DNA from: Lama glama
Lineage: Eukaryota
Length of the DNA: 64,000 nucleotides
NCBI GenBank assembly: GCA_028534125.1
Contig: CM052817.1
Location: forward strand, 29,762,001-29,826,000
Direction: 5' to 3'
Below, piece by piece: positions 37,651-50,739 of the stretch. Position numbers and translations under genes: made by a program. A model generated the notes under the pieces. The model ran no database searches. It was not told where the DNA came from and saw only the letters and a list, made by a program, of their open reading frames with translations. Within the stretch, counting starts at the first letter, position 1. Each line of letters opens with the position of its first letter.

Positions 37651-37770
37651 CGTGTGTGCAAAATACATTCTCTAAATTCTCAGATCACTTAGAAAATTGA
37701 AGATCTCCCTTCTTACATATAGCTCTTTGGATCTGTCTTGATGAGTAAGAAAAATGGCACAAACTAAATG

Positions 37771-38231
37771 GTATTAGTTTTCAAGGATTGTCATAATAAA
37801 GTACCACAAACTAGATGACTTAAAAGAACAGAAATTTATTATTTCACAGTTTAGGGTGCCACAGTCCAATATCAAGGTGTTTGCAGGGCAGCACTCCCTC
37901 TGAAAACTGTAGGGGAGTATCCTCCCTTGCCTTTTCTTAGCCTCTTGTGGTTTCCCAACAATCGCTGACTCCTTAGCTTGCAGGTGCCATGCTTCAGGCT
38001 CTGGGTCAATTGTCACTTAGTGTTCTCTTCTCATGCGTCTCTTTCTCTGGTTCTTCTCTTTTTAGAAGGACTAGAGTCCTGTTGGATTAAGGGCCCATCC
38101 TACTCCAAAATGACTTTATTTTAACTAGTTACATCTGCAGTAATCTCGTTTCCAAATAAAATCACATTCTGAAGTACTGGGGGTTAGGATTTCAATGTAT
38201 CTTTTTGATGGACACAATTCAGCCCATAATA
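37771..38231 (-). mobile_element. MLT1C MaLR solo LTR
   Basis: gtattagtttt...taccacaaactagatgacttaaaa...ttggattaagggcccatcctactcc...gacacaattcagcccataata. Confidence 0.85.
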
Positions 38232-39584
38232 GACAGTATTCATTTATTTTTCTTTTTGCTGTTATAGAAAACTTGATTTAAATTGAAAATAAATAATATT
38301 TTTGTACTATACAATGCACCTTTTCTCAAAATAACACCAATCTGTGATTTATGAAAGAACATAAACTAAGGTTACAGCCAACAGTAAGAATGTAATTGGG
38401 GTGTGCATATAAACTAAATAAATTGCCTTCCTACCCAATGCTATTAGTTAATTCTTTTGCTTTAATGTAAAGATAAATTTTCTAACATTTTAAAAACTAT
38501 ACACTTTTCACTACTACTCCAATACTAGAGAAGAAATTAGTGTGACTATAATAACTAATATCAAAACTTATTTTGAAAACCATCGTTTAACAACATTGTT
38601 AAATGAAACGTTGTTTTTCCTAAAATAAGATTTAATCTTATTTCCTAAAATAAGATTTATTTAATTATTTAATTAAAATAATACTTAGTAAATTACCATA
38701 AAATGTATCTAAGCTTCTAATTTGTTGACAATATCCTTCAAGATACTGAAACAAATAAGCAACTGATAATTCAAATGTGATATATTTCTCTTAAGTTAAA
38801 TGTATAAAAATATAGATAAGAACACTTCAGATCAATTAACTTCATGCTTTACTTACAAATACCATTCCAGTCTCTTCTCAAGTACTCTGAATAGCATGAT
38901 TCCCAGCACAAAGATGATCACATATTAGTGAAGAGGGAGTACTGGCCTGAATTAGAGAACTTGGAATTTAGTTCTGATTTTTCCTCGACTAAGCATAACA
39001 TCAAACAAATCATATGACTGTGGACTTTGATCTTTTTAAATGCTGATTAGAGGCATTAGCTCAATAGTCCCTAGAATTTCATTAAGTGCTTATAGTCTAT
39101 GATTGTTTGTTCTTTGATTACCTCAGTTACTGTCTCTAATATAAGTTAACGTGGAATTATAATTATCCAAATACAATTTTGTACTTTTAAAATTCTTAAC
39201 AAAACAGGACTTCTAAAACTGACTTGATATAAGAGCTCTCATGTCTTTGGTGAAGTGGGGGAATCAGCTGAGTTAAGAAAGCCCCCTAGCAGAGTCCTTA
39301 TAACTGTGAGATATGAGCCTTTTTTAATTTGCGTTTCAAAGGACATCACTGCTACAATGGTATATATCTTAGAAGTCTGGAAGTTTCTGATTCTTAATGC
39401 GTGAATTTTGAAAATTAGCACATTAAAGTAGTGTTGTATTATATTAAAATAAGTGTGTATTGCATTTAAAATGGTTTAGCTCTGGAGTCAGGCTGGCCAA
39501 CATGGATCCCCAAATCCACAACATTTTTGCAGTATAACCTTCAGCTAAATTAGAAATGCTTTTAAAATTCGTTAAATATTTAAT

Positions 39585-39730
39585 CTTTTTATCAGTTAGT
39601 CTTCTCCAGGTCTAATTTACATACAGTAGAATTCATCCTTTTTAGATATGTGCTTCTATGAGTTTTGACAAGTGCCTGAATTCTGTATACTCCGTTATAA
39701 TCAAGATACACATAATTCCTTCACCCCATT
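39585..39730 (-). mobile_element. L1MC/MD-type 3' terminal fragment
   Basis: taatttacatacagtagaattcatcctttttag...ttctatgagttttgacaa. Confidence 0.7.
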
Positions 39731-39744
39731 TATTTTCTCTGTGA

Positions 39745-40020
39745 AAGATTCCATTCATTTAGAATTCAAAAAAATTGCAAGCTAACTTTGTAGTGACGAA
39801 AAGAAATTCATTATTAGCATGGAAATATGATGTAGTAGTGGTTATAGAAGGAGAGAGGTTGATTTGCATAAAAAATTCTGGGGAATGGATATTTTTATTA
39901 TCTTGATTGTGGTGTTGGTTTCACAGGTATAAGTATGTCAGAAAACTATCAGAATATGTGTTTTAAACATACGTGATTTATTATGAATGAAGGATGCCTC
40001 ACTAAAACTGTTTTTTAAGA
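39745..40020 (+). mobile_element. L1MC/MD-type 3' terminal fragment
   Basis: gattccattcatttagaattcaaaaaa...tatcttgattgtggtgttggtttcacaggt...cctcactaaaactg. Confidence 0.7.
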
Positions 40021-40021
40021 A

Positions 40022-42625
40022 GACCTAGATAATTGCCATGCTATAAATGGATATACTCCATGTAGCTGAAATCCGACATCCTGTCTATCTTCTAGGCTAA
40101 GGCCAAAGTTTTAAGAAATTTGTTTCTGAGAGAAATACTAGCACGATTCTGAAATTTAGTGGTGGTTGTCCTCCCTAAGCCAGTGATGATGGTGAGAGGT
40201 TTTATTACAGACTGCGATCAGCTCCCTGATAGTTATGAGAATGATAGAAAACAGAAATCATGGATGCAGTGTGGGAGCAGTTCATTACCAAAAAGAAGAT
40301 AGGTAAATTGTAAAGCAAGGGTGAGCAGCAGCTAGAAGGTTCTAACTCACAAAGACATACAGAGATATTTAAAAGAAAATGATATCCCCTAGGCAAGATG
40401 GATAAGCAGCCAGCAAGAGTGGTGCTGAATCCACAACATCAAAAGAAAGCAAGAATGGATGGTCAAGAAGATGAGGACGACTTCCCCCCAGAGGCAAAAT
40501 CTATTGCCCAGTTTCAAGGGGTTGGTTTTCCGATGAAAAACCTGTCAACTGGAAGAGAATTCAGGTGCCAAAGAGAAAGACTACCATTCTATTGCAATAT
40601 ATATCATAATGGATTTCCAGCCTACAGCCATTTAGTTAGCTAAGCATACAAGATGGCAGAGAGACACCACCACTTTAAAGACTGCTGGACTGTTGACATT
40701 AATGTCTGGTACCCAAAGCGTGATCTCCCTGTTAGAGTAGGAACATTTAGGGCACAAGTAAATGAAGTCCTGTACAAAGTCTAATGTGCTGTACATCCAC
40801 TGGCACACCCACTGGTTATTTTTCCCATCTAGGAATATATAATAGAAAAAGAAATACTTGATATTTCTCAGAAACCTCACTATGGTTCACTTGCCAGTGA
40901 AGTAAGAGCTACTGTAGTCAGACATACTAAATAGGAGCCTCTAAAATGGACTCACTCTTTTGAAGATAAATACAAAAAATAAAATCTCCAAGAGAACTGA
41001 AGAAATTAGTGTCCTGTGTGAAGATGTAAGGGGTGAGGATGAGCAGTAGGGACTGCCATCATCCCATTTAAGACTCCCATTAAGTCTCCCAGTAGTGACT
41101 GCCCCCTTTAAAACCAAGATGAATCTGGATGATGATGGTCGACTACTGAAAACGCAAATAGTTTTTGTAAAGGAAGTTATCACAGTTTAAGGTACATTGT
41201 ATTATTTTACATCTCTATCGGGAGGGAGGCTCAGAAACAGTTCAAATTCATATGTGATAGAAACCATATTTATTTACAGCCTGTGCTGGTACCATATTAA
41301 CTGTCTCACCCTGCCGTAGTATAAGTCCACAGGACCTGGACTATGTGGATTTTCCATAGAACAGTCTGTTAGTCCACTGGCTCAGTGGTACCATGCCATT
41401 TGAACTGGATGAACTAGAAGAGTGGTCTATTAATTCTATAGATACTCCAAGACATATCACATTAATGAAGATTTTGATGCCTGGGGCTTGTGAGGACATC
41501 CAAAGCAAAGGACAAATTATTTCATCTCATTCCTCACACATCTAAGAAGGAAGCAAAATGCCTGTTAGTTTTCTTCAAGTTTTGGCAAAAGGCATCTATA
41601 CTTGGAAATACAGCTCCAGTTCATAAAATGAGTGCCACAGAGAGCTTCTTGTTCTTTGTAGACCTCAGATTAAAAAAAAAAAAAAAGTTTTGTGTAGCAG
41701 CTCCATGCTCTGATGTAAACAATTCTGACTCTTGGCTTGTAACACCTGAAGAGCCCTGTGATAGTGGAGATGTATGTGGCAGGAAAAACTGTTATGTGAA
41801 TTTTGAAAGAAACTTCAATAAGAGAAGCAAAATGAAGGTTTCTGAGGTGGTGGAGCAAACTCATGCCATTTGTAGCATGGAATTGTATAGGATTAGAAAA
41901 ATCCTGTCTTGCTACTGGTAGAGATGGAGTTCCTGATCAGGGGACATAAACTAACAATGAGGCCCAAATTGTCCATGTACTGAGTTCTGTCAGGTTCACC
42001 AAGTCACAAGTTAGGATGGACCTACGAGAAATATATTATAAAAATGGAAGTGACAGATCTAGTATCAGGGATGAGCAGAGCCAGAAGTCACACAAAAGAT
42101 AGGTAAGACTTCCATGTCATCTACGACTTTGGCTATGACCGTGGGATCCATTGTTTCTACCACATAGAAGAGAAGCCTCAGGAGTAACAGAGCAATAAAA
42201 CAGTATTTCAAAGGTGCAGCTAAGGTACAGCTTAGAGCTGACACAATGCAAGATTGTGGCACTATCCCCTGGGATGTCAAAGCACCTTAAATTCACAATG
42301 TTATTGTTCTGTTTCTTCAATAAATAAAATACATGGGTCTAGGAACCAAGGATAGAGATATAAGTGACTCTGTTAACCATCACTCCACTGGTCCACTTGT
42401 AGAATTTTTGATGCCTATCTCCGCAACTCTGCAAGTTTAGAGGTCCCGATCCTTAGAACAGAAATACTTCTACTAGGGAAAATAGCTAGTTACTTAAACT
42501 TTGAACTCTAGCTACCAGTTGGTCACTTTAGGCGTCTAATACCAAAAGTCAAAAAGCAAGGAAGGTAATTCTTTCCTTATAAGGGGTGATTTACCCTGAT
42601 CATTAGGAGGATGTACGTTCCCTCA
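40022..42625 (+). pseudogene. pol: ERV-L internal relic: gag, protease, RT, integrase C-terminus, dUTPase; no LTRs seen
   Basis: ORF 41490-41921 SKAKDKLFHLIPHTSKKEAKCLLVFFKFWQ resembles HERV-L SKVKDKLLHLAPPTTKKEAQRLVGLFGFWR; protease HPLVIFP-like at about 40805; GIH...YH integrase C-terminus at about 42140; GSRNQG and GVI.PD dUTPase motifs at 42335-42605. Confidence 0.85.
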
Positions 42626-43189
42626 TATAAAATGGTGACAGATAAGCCTAAATTTGGCAAACAGGTGATCCATCAGAATATTTCTTGGCACTAAAAAGAG
42701 CATAAAAAGTAAAAAGAATATAGAACAGAACTGATACAAGTAATTTACAGAATTCAGTGGGGTCAAATAAAACCATATACATATATATATGTATATGAAA
42801 ACTGTAAAGCACAATATAAATGTAAGATATTACCATCTTCCTCACCAGCTGCACCTTGAAAGACTAGTCTTTAACAATGAACTTCGCCAAATTCCTGCAC
42901 AACACCAATCAAGGTTGTCAGTGAAAATAGCACAAGTCACAATGGTCTGTTGGTCAGTGATCTGAGGGAAAAAAAAGGATTTGAGGCTTTCGATGTAGAA
43001 TGAGATAAATATTTGATTTAGACTGACATTGGTCATTGGGCTTTATAGGAGCAATAAAATTTGACAGCCAAGTCATATGTGTCAACTGAAATTATACCCA
43101 GAGTCTGTGAGTATAGCCTTCTGTCAAATCAAGCCATTCTTTCCACTGTCACATTTTCTTCCTATCTATAGAGTATGTAACTATTCATA

Positions 43190-43236
43190 TTCATCATCGT
43201 CATCATCATCATTGCCCTTGTTATCACCATCATCAT
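43190..43236. repeat. (ATC)n imperfect trinucleotide repeat
   Basis: Directly visible. Confidence 0.85.
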
Positions 43237-43355
43237 TAATGGATACCTAACTTTGCATATGCTTTGCATTGATTATATAGGTTCATTTCTACAATTCTAG
43301 AGTGACTATATGCCAGTTTCTTAAAGTTGCCACAGTTCAGCACATCTATATAAAT

Positions 43356-43601
43356 CAGACTGTTTGAACCTTAATACCACTGACATTCTGGGGTGGATAA
43401 TTCTTTTTGTTGTTTGGGGAGAGACTGTTCTGTGTCTATAGAATGTTTAACAGTATCCTTGTCCTTGACCCACTAAATGCTATTGGCACCTCTACCTAGG
43501 TTTTGAAAATCAGTGATGTCCACAGACATTGCCAAAAATCCTCTGGGAAGAGGGCATGTGAATTCACATGCTCCCACCCCTCCCCTAGTTGGGAACTGTT
43601 G
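43356..43601 (+). mobile_element. MER20 hAT-Charlie MITE
   Basis: cactgacattctggggtggataattcttt...gaatgtttaacagtatcc...cccactaaatgc...cagacattgccaaa...gttgggaactgttg. Confidence 0.85.
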
Positions 43602-44273
43602 CTGTACCTTAAAGTAGCCACAACCTAATGTCAATTAGGCTTCATGAACAATAATACATTCTACTTTTAGTCAAAAGATCTGGGCTTGAATTCCAATTTG
43701 CCATTATAGTAGCCATATGACCTAGGACAGATTATTCAATTAAGTCCTTGCTATTTTGACTATAAAGTGACAGTAATAGCACATTAGGTCTTCTTGTGAA
43801 TATTTGTCATTTTTAAGTCTTAATACAAAAAAAAAACTGTCCACATTACTTAAAGTAAGCCTTTACCTCACTTTACCTTATGACTTTATAATAAATTACA
43901 ATGTCTGTTCTCTTTGTAAAACATTTCTCAGCAGCCATTAACTTGTCTTTGTTTGCTCATTTGTTTTTATTAACATCAAACACACTAGAATGTGTGTGTT
44001 AGGGAAGGAAAGGGAGCCCTGTCCATCTAGGGAAACACATTGTGCCCAGAACCTTACAAATAGAAAGGTGGTTACATGGAAAATGCTAAAAATGTATATA
44101 TGTGTAATGGCTTCTTGTGATAATTTAAGGGAATGTAACAGATTACTTCTTATTACATGGCTGGTGCTCACTGAATGGCATTCTCTTCTTCCCTTGCATT
44201 ATAAAGAAGAATGTGTCTCAAAATTATTTCCCTGGTGGGGTAACCATTGTGTTACAATCTGGAATAGGGTAAG

Positions 44274-44758
44274 TGTTAGGCAGAATAATGACTCCCTGAA
44301 GTTGTCCATGTCCTAATCCTTGGAACATGGGAATATGTTTCCTTAAATGGCAAAAAGGACACTGTAGATGTAGTTAGATTGAGGTGGGGAGAGTATCTTA
44401 GGTTATAAATTCAATCTAATCAGGACCTTAAAAAGAGTAGAAGAGGGAGGGAACAAAGTGGAAACTCAGACATATGACAACATGAAGAGAATTCAGCTCC
44501 AAATTTCTGGCTTTCAAAACGTAGGGAGAGGGCCACAGCAAAGGAAAAGGGGTGGCCTTGAGAAGCTGGAGAAGGCAAGAGAACATCTTCTCTCCTAGTG
44601 ACCCCAGAAGGAGCAGAGCCCTCTCAACAGCTTGATTTTATTGCAGTGAGACCCATTTTGGACTTTCGACCTCAAGAACTGTAAGAATGCAAATTTGTGT
44701 TGTTTTAAACTGTCAACATTGTAGTGGTTTGTTATAGCAGCAGAATAAATCTAAATTA
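44274..44758 (+). mobile_element. MLT1D MaLR solo LTR
   Basis: tgttaggcagaataatgactccc...gaagctggagaaggcaag...cagtgagacccattttggacttt...tttgttatagcagcag. Confidence 0.85.
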
Positions 44759-46941
44759 AAAATGTACCCTTCATATGTCTTTTAGCTTCTGTTTTCTTCT
44801 CACCTCTTTAACAGGAAATAACACAAGTTTTCACATTTCTTGTCCTTTAACTTTTCACTACTATGTGATAACTAGCTTCTTGATTTGAGGAAGGCAGTAG
44901 TTTCCTGGCATAAGAAAAACAGTTGTAGGATATAGAAAGGATAAATTAGTTTATAATTCAATTGTGTGATGTAATTATTCCATCCATTTAGTCAATAAAT
45001 AAAGTTGAGCAACTGCTAAGGGCTATCATTCACTACTCACAGAGAATATAAAATATGTAACAGAGATTCCCTTTTGGTTACAAATTCAGACTCAATGGAG
45101 AGAGAAAAGGGGGAAGGACCCTTAAAGGGATATTTTTAAACACTATCAGACACAGTAACAGAAGTGTTCTGAAACCTCTATGAGGACATATAACTATTCC
45201 CCAGGACTTTCTTTTAGAGAAAATAGATACACACTGGCTGTCCCTTATAGTGCATCCTTTTTAAGCTCATTGAAATGCTGAATAAAATCTATTCATAAAG
45301 AATTAAATTAATTCAAACAATACAAGGAAAAGAAACATCTCTTTTCAAGAGGCATTAAATCTACTCTCCTTAATAGAGAAACTAAGATTAAAAGAGGTGA
45401 AAAATGATGAGAATGACCTTTTTAGTTCTAATCACACAAATAAATCAGTGCACTGGTGATGAATTCATTAATTTTGATTAAACACGGAACTATGAAGTCA
45501 TTTGAATTAATTTGGTAATCACCATCAAGAAGAGATGCTTTAGAGCTTGATATTGAGTAGTTCCTTTAATTTGCACTATGACCCAGTCTTAGGGAAATGT
45601 GTACCTAGATTTTCAAGGGAGCTGATTTTATATACAGAAAGATTAAGTCACAGAAGTGAACACCCAAGGCCTATGGTTCTGAGAGGGGATGAGTTGTTGG
45701 TTAGGAGCCCTATCCATGATTATAAACCTATTCCCTTTAGGGAAATAACAAATGCTTTGGGGTTCAAATTTGCCTGAGCATACAGCTAGCAGTAGTAGCA
45801 GAAACTACTAGCCATTTCTCATGGAATTCTATCAATATAAATGAAAATAACTGTGCTCCTAAGTGATATGGCATTCCCAGTTACCTTGTTGGAAGGCACA
45901 TGGCCTCATATATTAGGAGTGCCAGAGGGTCAGAGGAGCTCCATGACAAGTTCTTATGGCAAATCAGAATGGGAAAGATCTAAGCCATACGTGCAAAGTA
46001 TGCATTTCTATCTCACTGTTAACTTCCTTTGGGTTCCATTGATAAATTATCATAACAGAAAATGGAAGAATAATTTTCACACAGAGCAGTGGGAGGTTTT
46101 CCATAGAGGAATAGTTCAAAAAAGCTCAGAGAAGTTATTGACTTTAATCATTTTTGCAAAAATCAACAAAACTTTTAATCAACTATGTCATGAAAAACAT
46201 TATTCATTATTAAAATTACTTAATTGAATTAATCATTCCATGTGTTACCTGGTTCATAAGTAGGTTGAGATGAAGTTGAACAGGGTATCTGAACACAATT
46301 CAAAATAACTGACCCCTTTGAAAACTATTGTTTTCAGGGTAGGATAAAAAGCATAAGAGGGCAGCGGCATTAGGGAGTAAAGCCTATTTTTCTCTCTCTT
46401 TCTGGAAACCAGAATTTTGACTGTGTTGCCAGGCAGAGATCATTCTGAGTAGGGCACTGTTGAAAAGAGCAAAAAGAGGGACTCTTTAATTCAGAATTTT
46501 AACTAAAGTCAAGTAGATTTTTTTAGAAGACAATTCCAACTCTAAAATTAAACATTCACATACACAGAGGACTGATTAGGAATGTATCCTGTTGATGTTC
46601 TGTGCAAGCATACTGTCTGCACCAGTTACAGAGGCTTTCTCATGGAAGTCCACTATGTACTTCCATTTCCTCAAACTGATGCACTCCATTAACCGGGGAG
46701 CCAAGCAACTAAGTAATCTCTTTTGTAGTGTAATCTGAGCTTCTGTTTTCTGCACCACTCTCATTCCATTTTGTTCTGGAACTAAATTATAGATGTATAT
46801 TTTAGCACTCTTGTTGCCTGGAATTCATACACTTCAAATCCTCAGTCTTTGCCAACAGCTTGTATCAACTGCTTTCTATGAAAGGCTTTGTTAATACTTT
46901 TGCAAATTGTTTGTTTCTTCTTTTATTCAGTATCCCATGCA

Positions 46942-46975
<34 letters not shown>

Positions 46976-47550
46976 CTGTTTGCTTGGCCTTTGAACACAC
47001 TCTTTAGGTTCAGAACTTTTTTTCTTCCTGTATTTTGCCAGTAGATTTCCCCTTGCTCAGCAATGGAGTGAACTTTATTATTTTTCTCTCTCTTTGAGGA
47101 GCATTCACTTCATGATTTAAATACATTTTGAAAATCAGACCCCCATTGTGGACCATCTCAATACTTCCTTTGTAACAATTACTTTCCCACTGGGAACAAT
47201 CCTTAGAGCTCCACAATCCAGCAGCATTCAATCCAATATCTTTCTTTATAAGTGAGGTGAGCACTTGTCTTATTCAGCAATAAATATTTTTTAATATTAT
47301 TGTTACATGATCACCTATATATATTAGCTTTTCAACTTAAAAACTTAAAAAAATATTTCTAATGTCAAGGAGAATACATGCTGCCAGGTTTAGCCACTGA
47401 GCCCTAAATAACCCAACACAAGCAGTTCCACTATTTTTTAAAATCACATTTTAAATTTTTCTCCATAGATTTGCATTACTTTTATTGGGTTTTCATAGGC
47501 TATCTCTAGCTTTTTGAAGTCAGTATACACATTAACATTGATAATGACCC

Positions 47551-48051
47551 TGTTAAGGTAAAAATACTCTGACATATTGAACTAGTAAGGAAGGCTTTAT
47601 TCAAATTTTGCAGTAGGTGTCAAGGTGTCACTAGAAGGGGGAGAGGTAGGGCTCCACTCCAAATACAGCAGAAACAGTGGGGATTTACAGTTAAGGGGCA
47701 GGTTGCAGGGGTCGGTGGATATAAAGTTACTAAGAGGAGACATCAGGGTTAGGGGGAGTTCTTGCTAAACTGATCTAACACAATTCTTGCTGGATGCAGG
47801 GCCGGAATGATCAGATATTACTTGGGGGATGGTCGGAAATGAGGAACTTGATCAGATACTGAGTGTGATCAGAAACTAAATGTGGGAGGATTCCCTTTAA
47901 ACTGGCTTAGCAAACTTCTTGCTAAAACTGGACTTCGCAAGGACGAGGATAGACAAAGAAGCTCAAAGTTGAGGCCTGGTTGAGAAGACGGCTCAGAGAA
48001 GCCTGACTGAATTTTGGTCAACTGACTAAAAATTGACCAAAGCTTTTGTCA
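47551..48051 (-). mobile_element. MER31-like ERV1 solo LTR
   Basis: tgttaag start, ...tttgtca end; ttcttgctaaactga repeats; same family as 31649-32098 in opposite orientation. Confidence 0.8.
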
Positions 48052-48147
48052 GTTTTAAAAATGTTTTACTTTACCTGGCTAACTATTTTATTATTTTGTT
48101 CCTCTCACACTGTTCAAAAAACACCGACTTTCTCATTTATTGGATGG

Positions 48148-48576
48148 ATCAGGCATGATGCCTACTCTGATCCTTTGCACTTGCTCTTCATTTTCTTAGA
48201 ATTTTCTTTTCCCACATATTTATGTATTTTCTTCCCTTACTTCTACTGAGCCCTTACGAAAACATCCCCTTTCTTAGATTAACCCAATCTAAACTTACAA
48301 AAACTTCACCTACTCCCTACACTTTCCCCTTTCTTCTGCTTTATTTTTCTCCTTAACATTTATCAGCTAAAATTTTGCATACATAATATACATACATGTA
48401 ATACACACTTATTATGTGCCTTTGTCTCCCTTATTTTCTCACCCATTTGTGAGAAAACCTCTTAAGGGTGGAGATTTGGGGCTGTTTTATTCACTTGTGT
48501 AGTCCTAGCACTTAGACCAGTCCTTTAGTACAGTCTGATAGAGAAAGTGTTCCACAAATATTTGTTGATGAGTGAG
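48148..48576 (+). mobile_element. L2a 3' end
   Basis: cctttgcacttgct...ttcacttgtgtagtcctagcacttagac...caaatatttgttgatgagtgag. Confidence 0.8.
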
Positions 48577-50739
48577 CATAAACATCTTGAGTGTTTCACT
48601 TCTTCCACGGTAGTTACTTCACAATTTATGCTCTAATTCCTATTATGCTTCTTTTGCATAGAACTTGCTTTGGAGTTGCTGTCATAGACCATGCTCTATA
48701 CTTCTAATATTGAATAGGGGGCAAGTCTTCATCTATGAAAATAAATATACTTTTATAGAAACATAAAATCTACAGCACCCATATCAGATAATGAATGTAG
48801 TTATTTCAGTTTATATCATTTGCAAAGAAAACTGAGCATAGTCATAAAGCATTGTGTAACTTAAAAATGAGTCATTGAGAGCTGGATCTACATGATTCAT
48901 TTCATCTAAAGCTACCAAGTTTGTGATCACTGATTTAGAGTCATAATCCATTGCACTTTAAGTGACTAATACAATGATCTCCTGAAAGATGGACTCACAT
49001 GTACCACTCTTAATTCCTGAAGAACGCAATACGGAGCCAATACTCAGAGTGTGGAAAATAAGAAGTTACACTGAAGTGTCGGTCTTTCAGCAAAAATTCA
49101 GCATATACTAGAAGTTTTGTGAATTCTATTTTGGCTTCTAGCAATGCACATAATAAAAATGTTTTCATAGAACTGTGATACTTATATTGTGGTCTCTCTG
49201 GAGGCCACAAGTAAATTGGTCATTATCTATTCATTAACTAGCAGAGATGGACTGAGCAGCATGAAGAGGCATCAAGGGCTAATCCTTCCAGAATTCATTT
49301 ATTTATATAGGAATTCTTTCTTCTTTTCCAAATTAAAATAGAAAAAGTATGAATGAAGGTAATTATGTGTCCTCAAAATCATCTCCTATCACTCATATTT
49401 TTCCATAAAATTAACAATTTTCAAACTAATTAAATGGGCAAAAAATGTCATATATCTTTGGGGCTTAACATATTTTCTGATAAAATAAATTTGTATGATA
49501 GTTTTATGACATTTAAAGAGGCTTATTGATTTTAAAAGACTAAATTTCCCATTTATATATTTGAAATTATTAATTTTCTTACTCCTTTTTTCACACTTAG
49601 TGAAACCAAAATGTTAACTTTTTGTTGTTGTGTGAAATCCTATTTTTTGGATATTTACTATTTGAGAAACTGTGAGAAATGTTTTTAATATTTCCCTCGG
49701 TTTTCTTTTTAATTACAAAAATATTATGGGCTATTGTTACTAGGAAAACTACAAATATGCATATAAACATATTGTTAATTTTTGACTTGTACATATATTT
49801 ATATATATTGATGGCAAATTCACAAACGTACAGTTAAAGAATATTAGTTGATTTTTAATATATGTTGCCACATTCCTTCCAAAGGGTGACATATAAACAG
49901 ATACCCTCCTTTCATCAATGTGTGAAAATGTTTACTTCTCCCTAAAGCAATTAAGCAGAATATTTTCATATTTTTTTTATTAGTCTCAATTAATGTTGGT
50001 ACTGTAGGCTGAGCTGGGAACCATTTTATTTATTTGCTACATGGACTTTAAATTTGAAATAATTTTCTAACTTACCAATATAGTTCAATTATATTTATAG
50101 ATTATAGATTAGTTTTTAAACCATTTTAATATATTTAAATATCCTTATCTTTTTTTTTACATGGCTTCTTTTTTCTGCCTTGCTTAGAAAGATCACATAT
50201 ATCCCAAGGTAAGATATTTTGAAGTGTTTTTAATTTTATTGTGCTTTTACTTTTAAAACTGTAATCCATCTGAAAACTGTAATATGCTGCATATTACATC
50301 AGCATATGCTATATAATTACTATGGGGAAATTATTTGCATTTATTTATATCTACCCATCCATCCACCTGTCTGTCCCCTCTGAATTGATCTCTCCCTCAA
50401 ACCCTTTGGGTCTCATAGGCTTTATTGAATCATCAAAATATATACTATAATAATGAGTAATCACTACTGGCTTTGATTCCAATTGTGCATGGAAAAATAT
50501 TTCTAGAGAATGGTACATATGTAACATTCTTATCACATTCCTATGTAACTTACTTGTTTATCCTAGGCATACATTTAAAGAATTTTTAAGAATTATTACA
50601 AAATCTGATTATGACTTCAGTGACAGCTGCTTGACATATACTGGAGCAAACTAACAAAATCTCTGGCTCTGATAAGGATCTAACATCTGACAAGTGTTTT
50701 TTTTTTTTTCCTCCAAGTATCCCCTACGCCCAAGTTGCA

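Noticed and set aside
40398..40643. Acidic 81-aa ORF (DGQEDEDDF)
   Set aside because: Lies in the ERV-L gag/pro relic
45841..46227. 128-aa ORF in unique sequence
   Set aside because: No recognisable motif or convincing splice context; a few ORFs of this length are expected by chance in 64 kb
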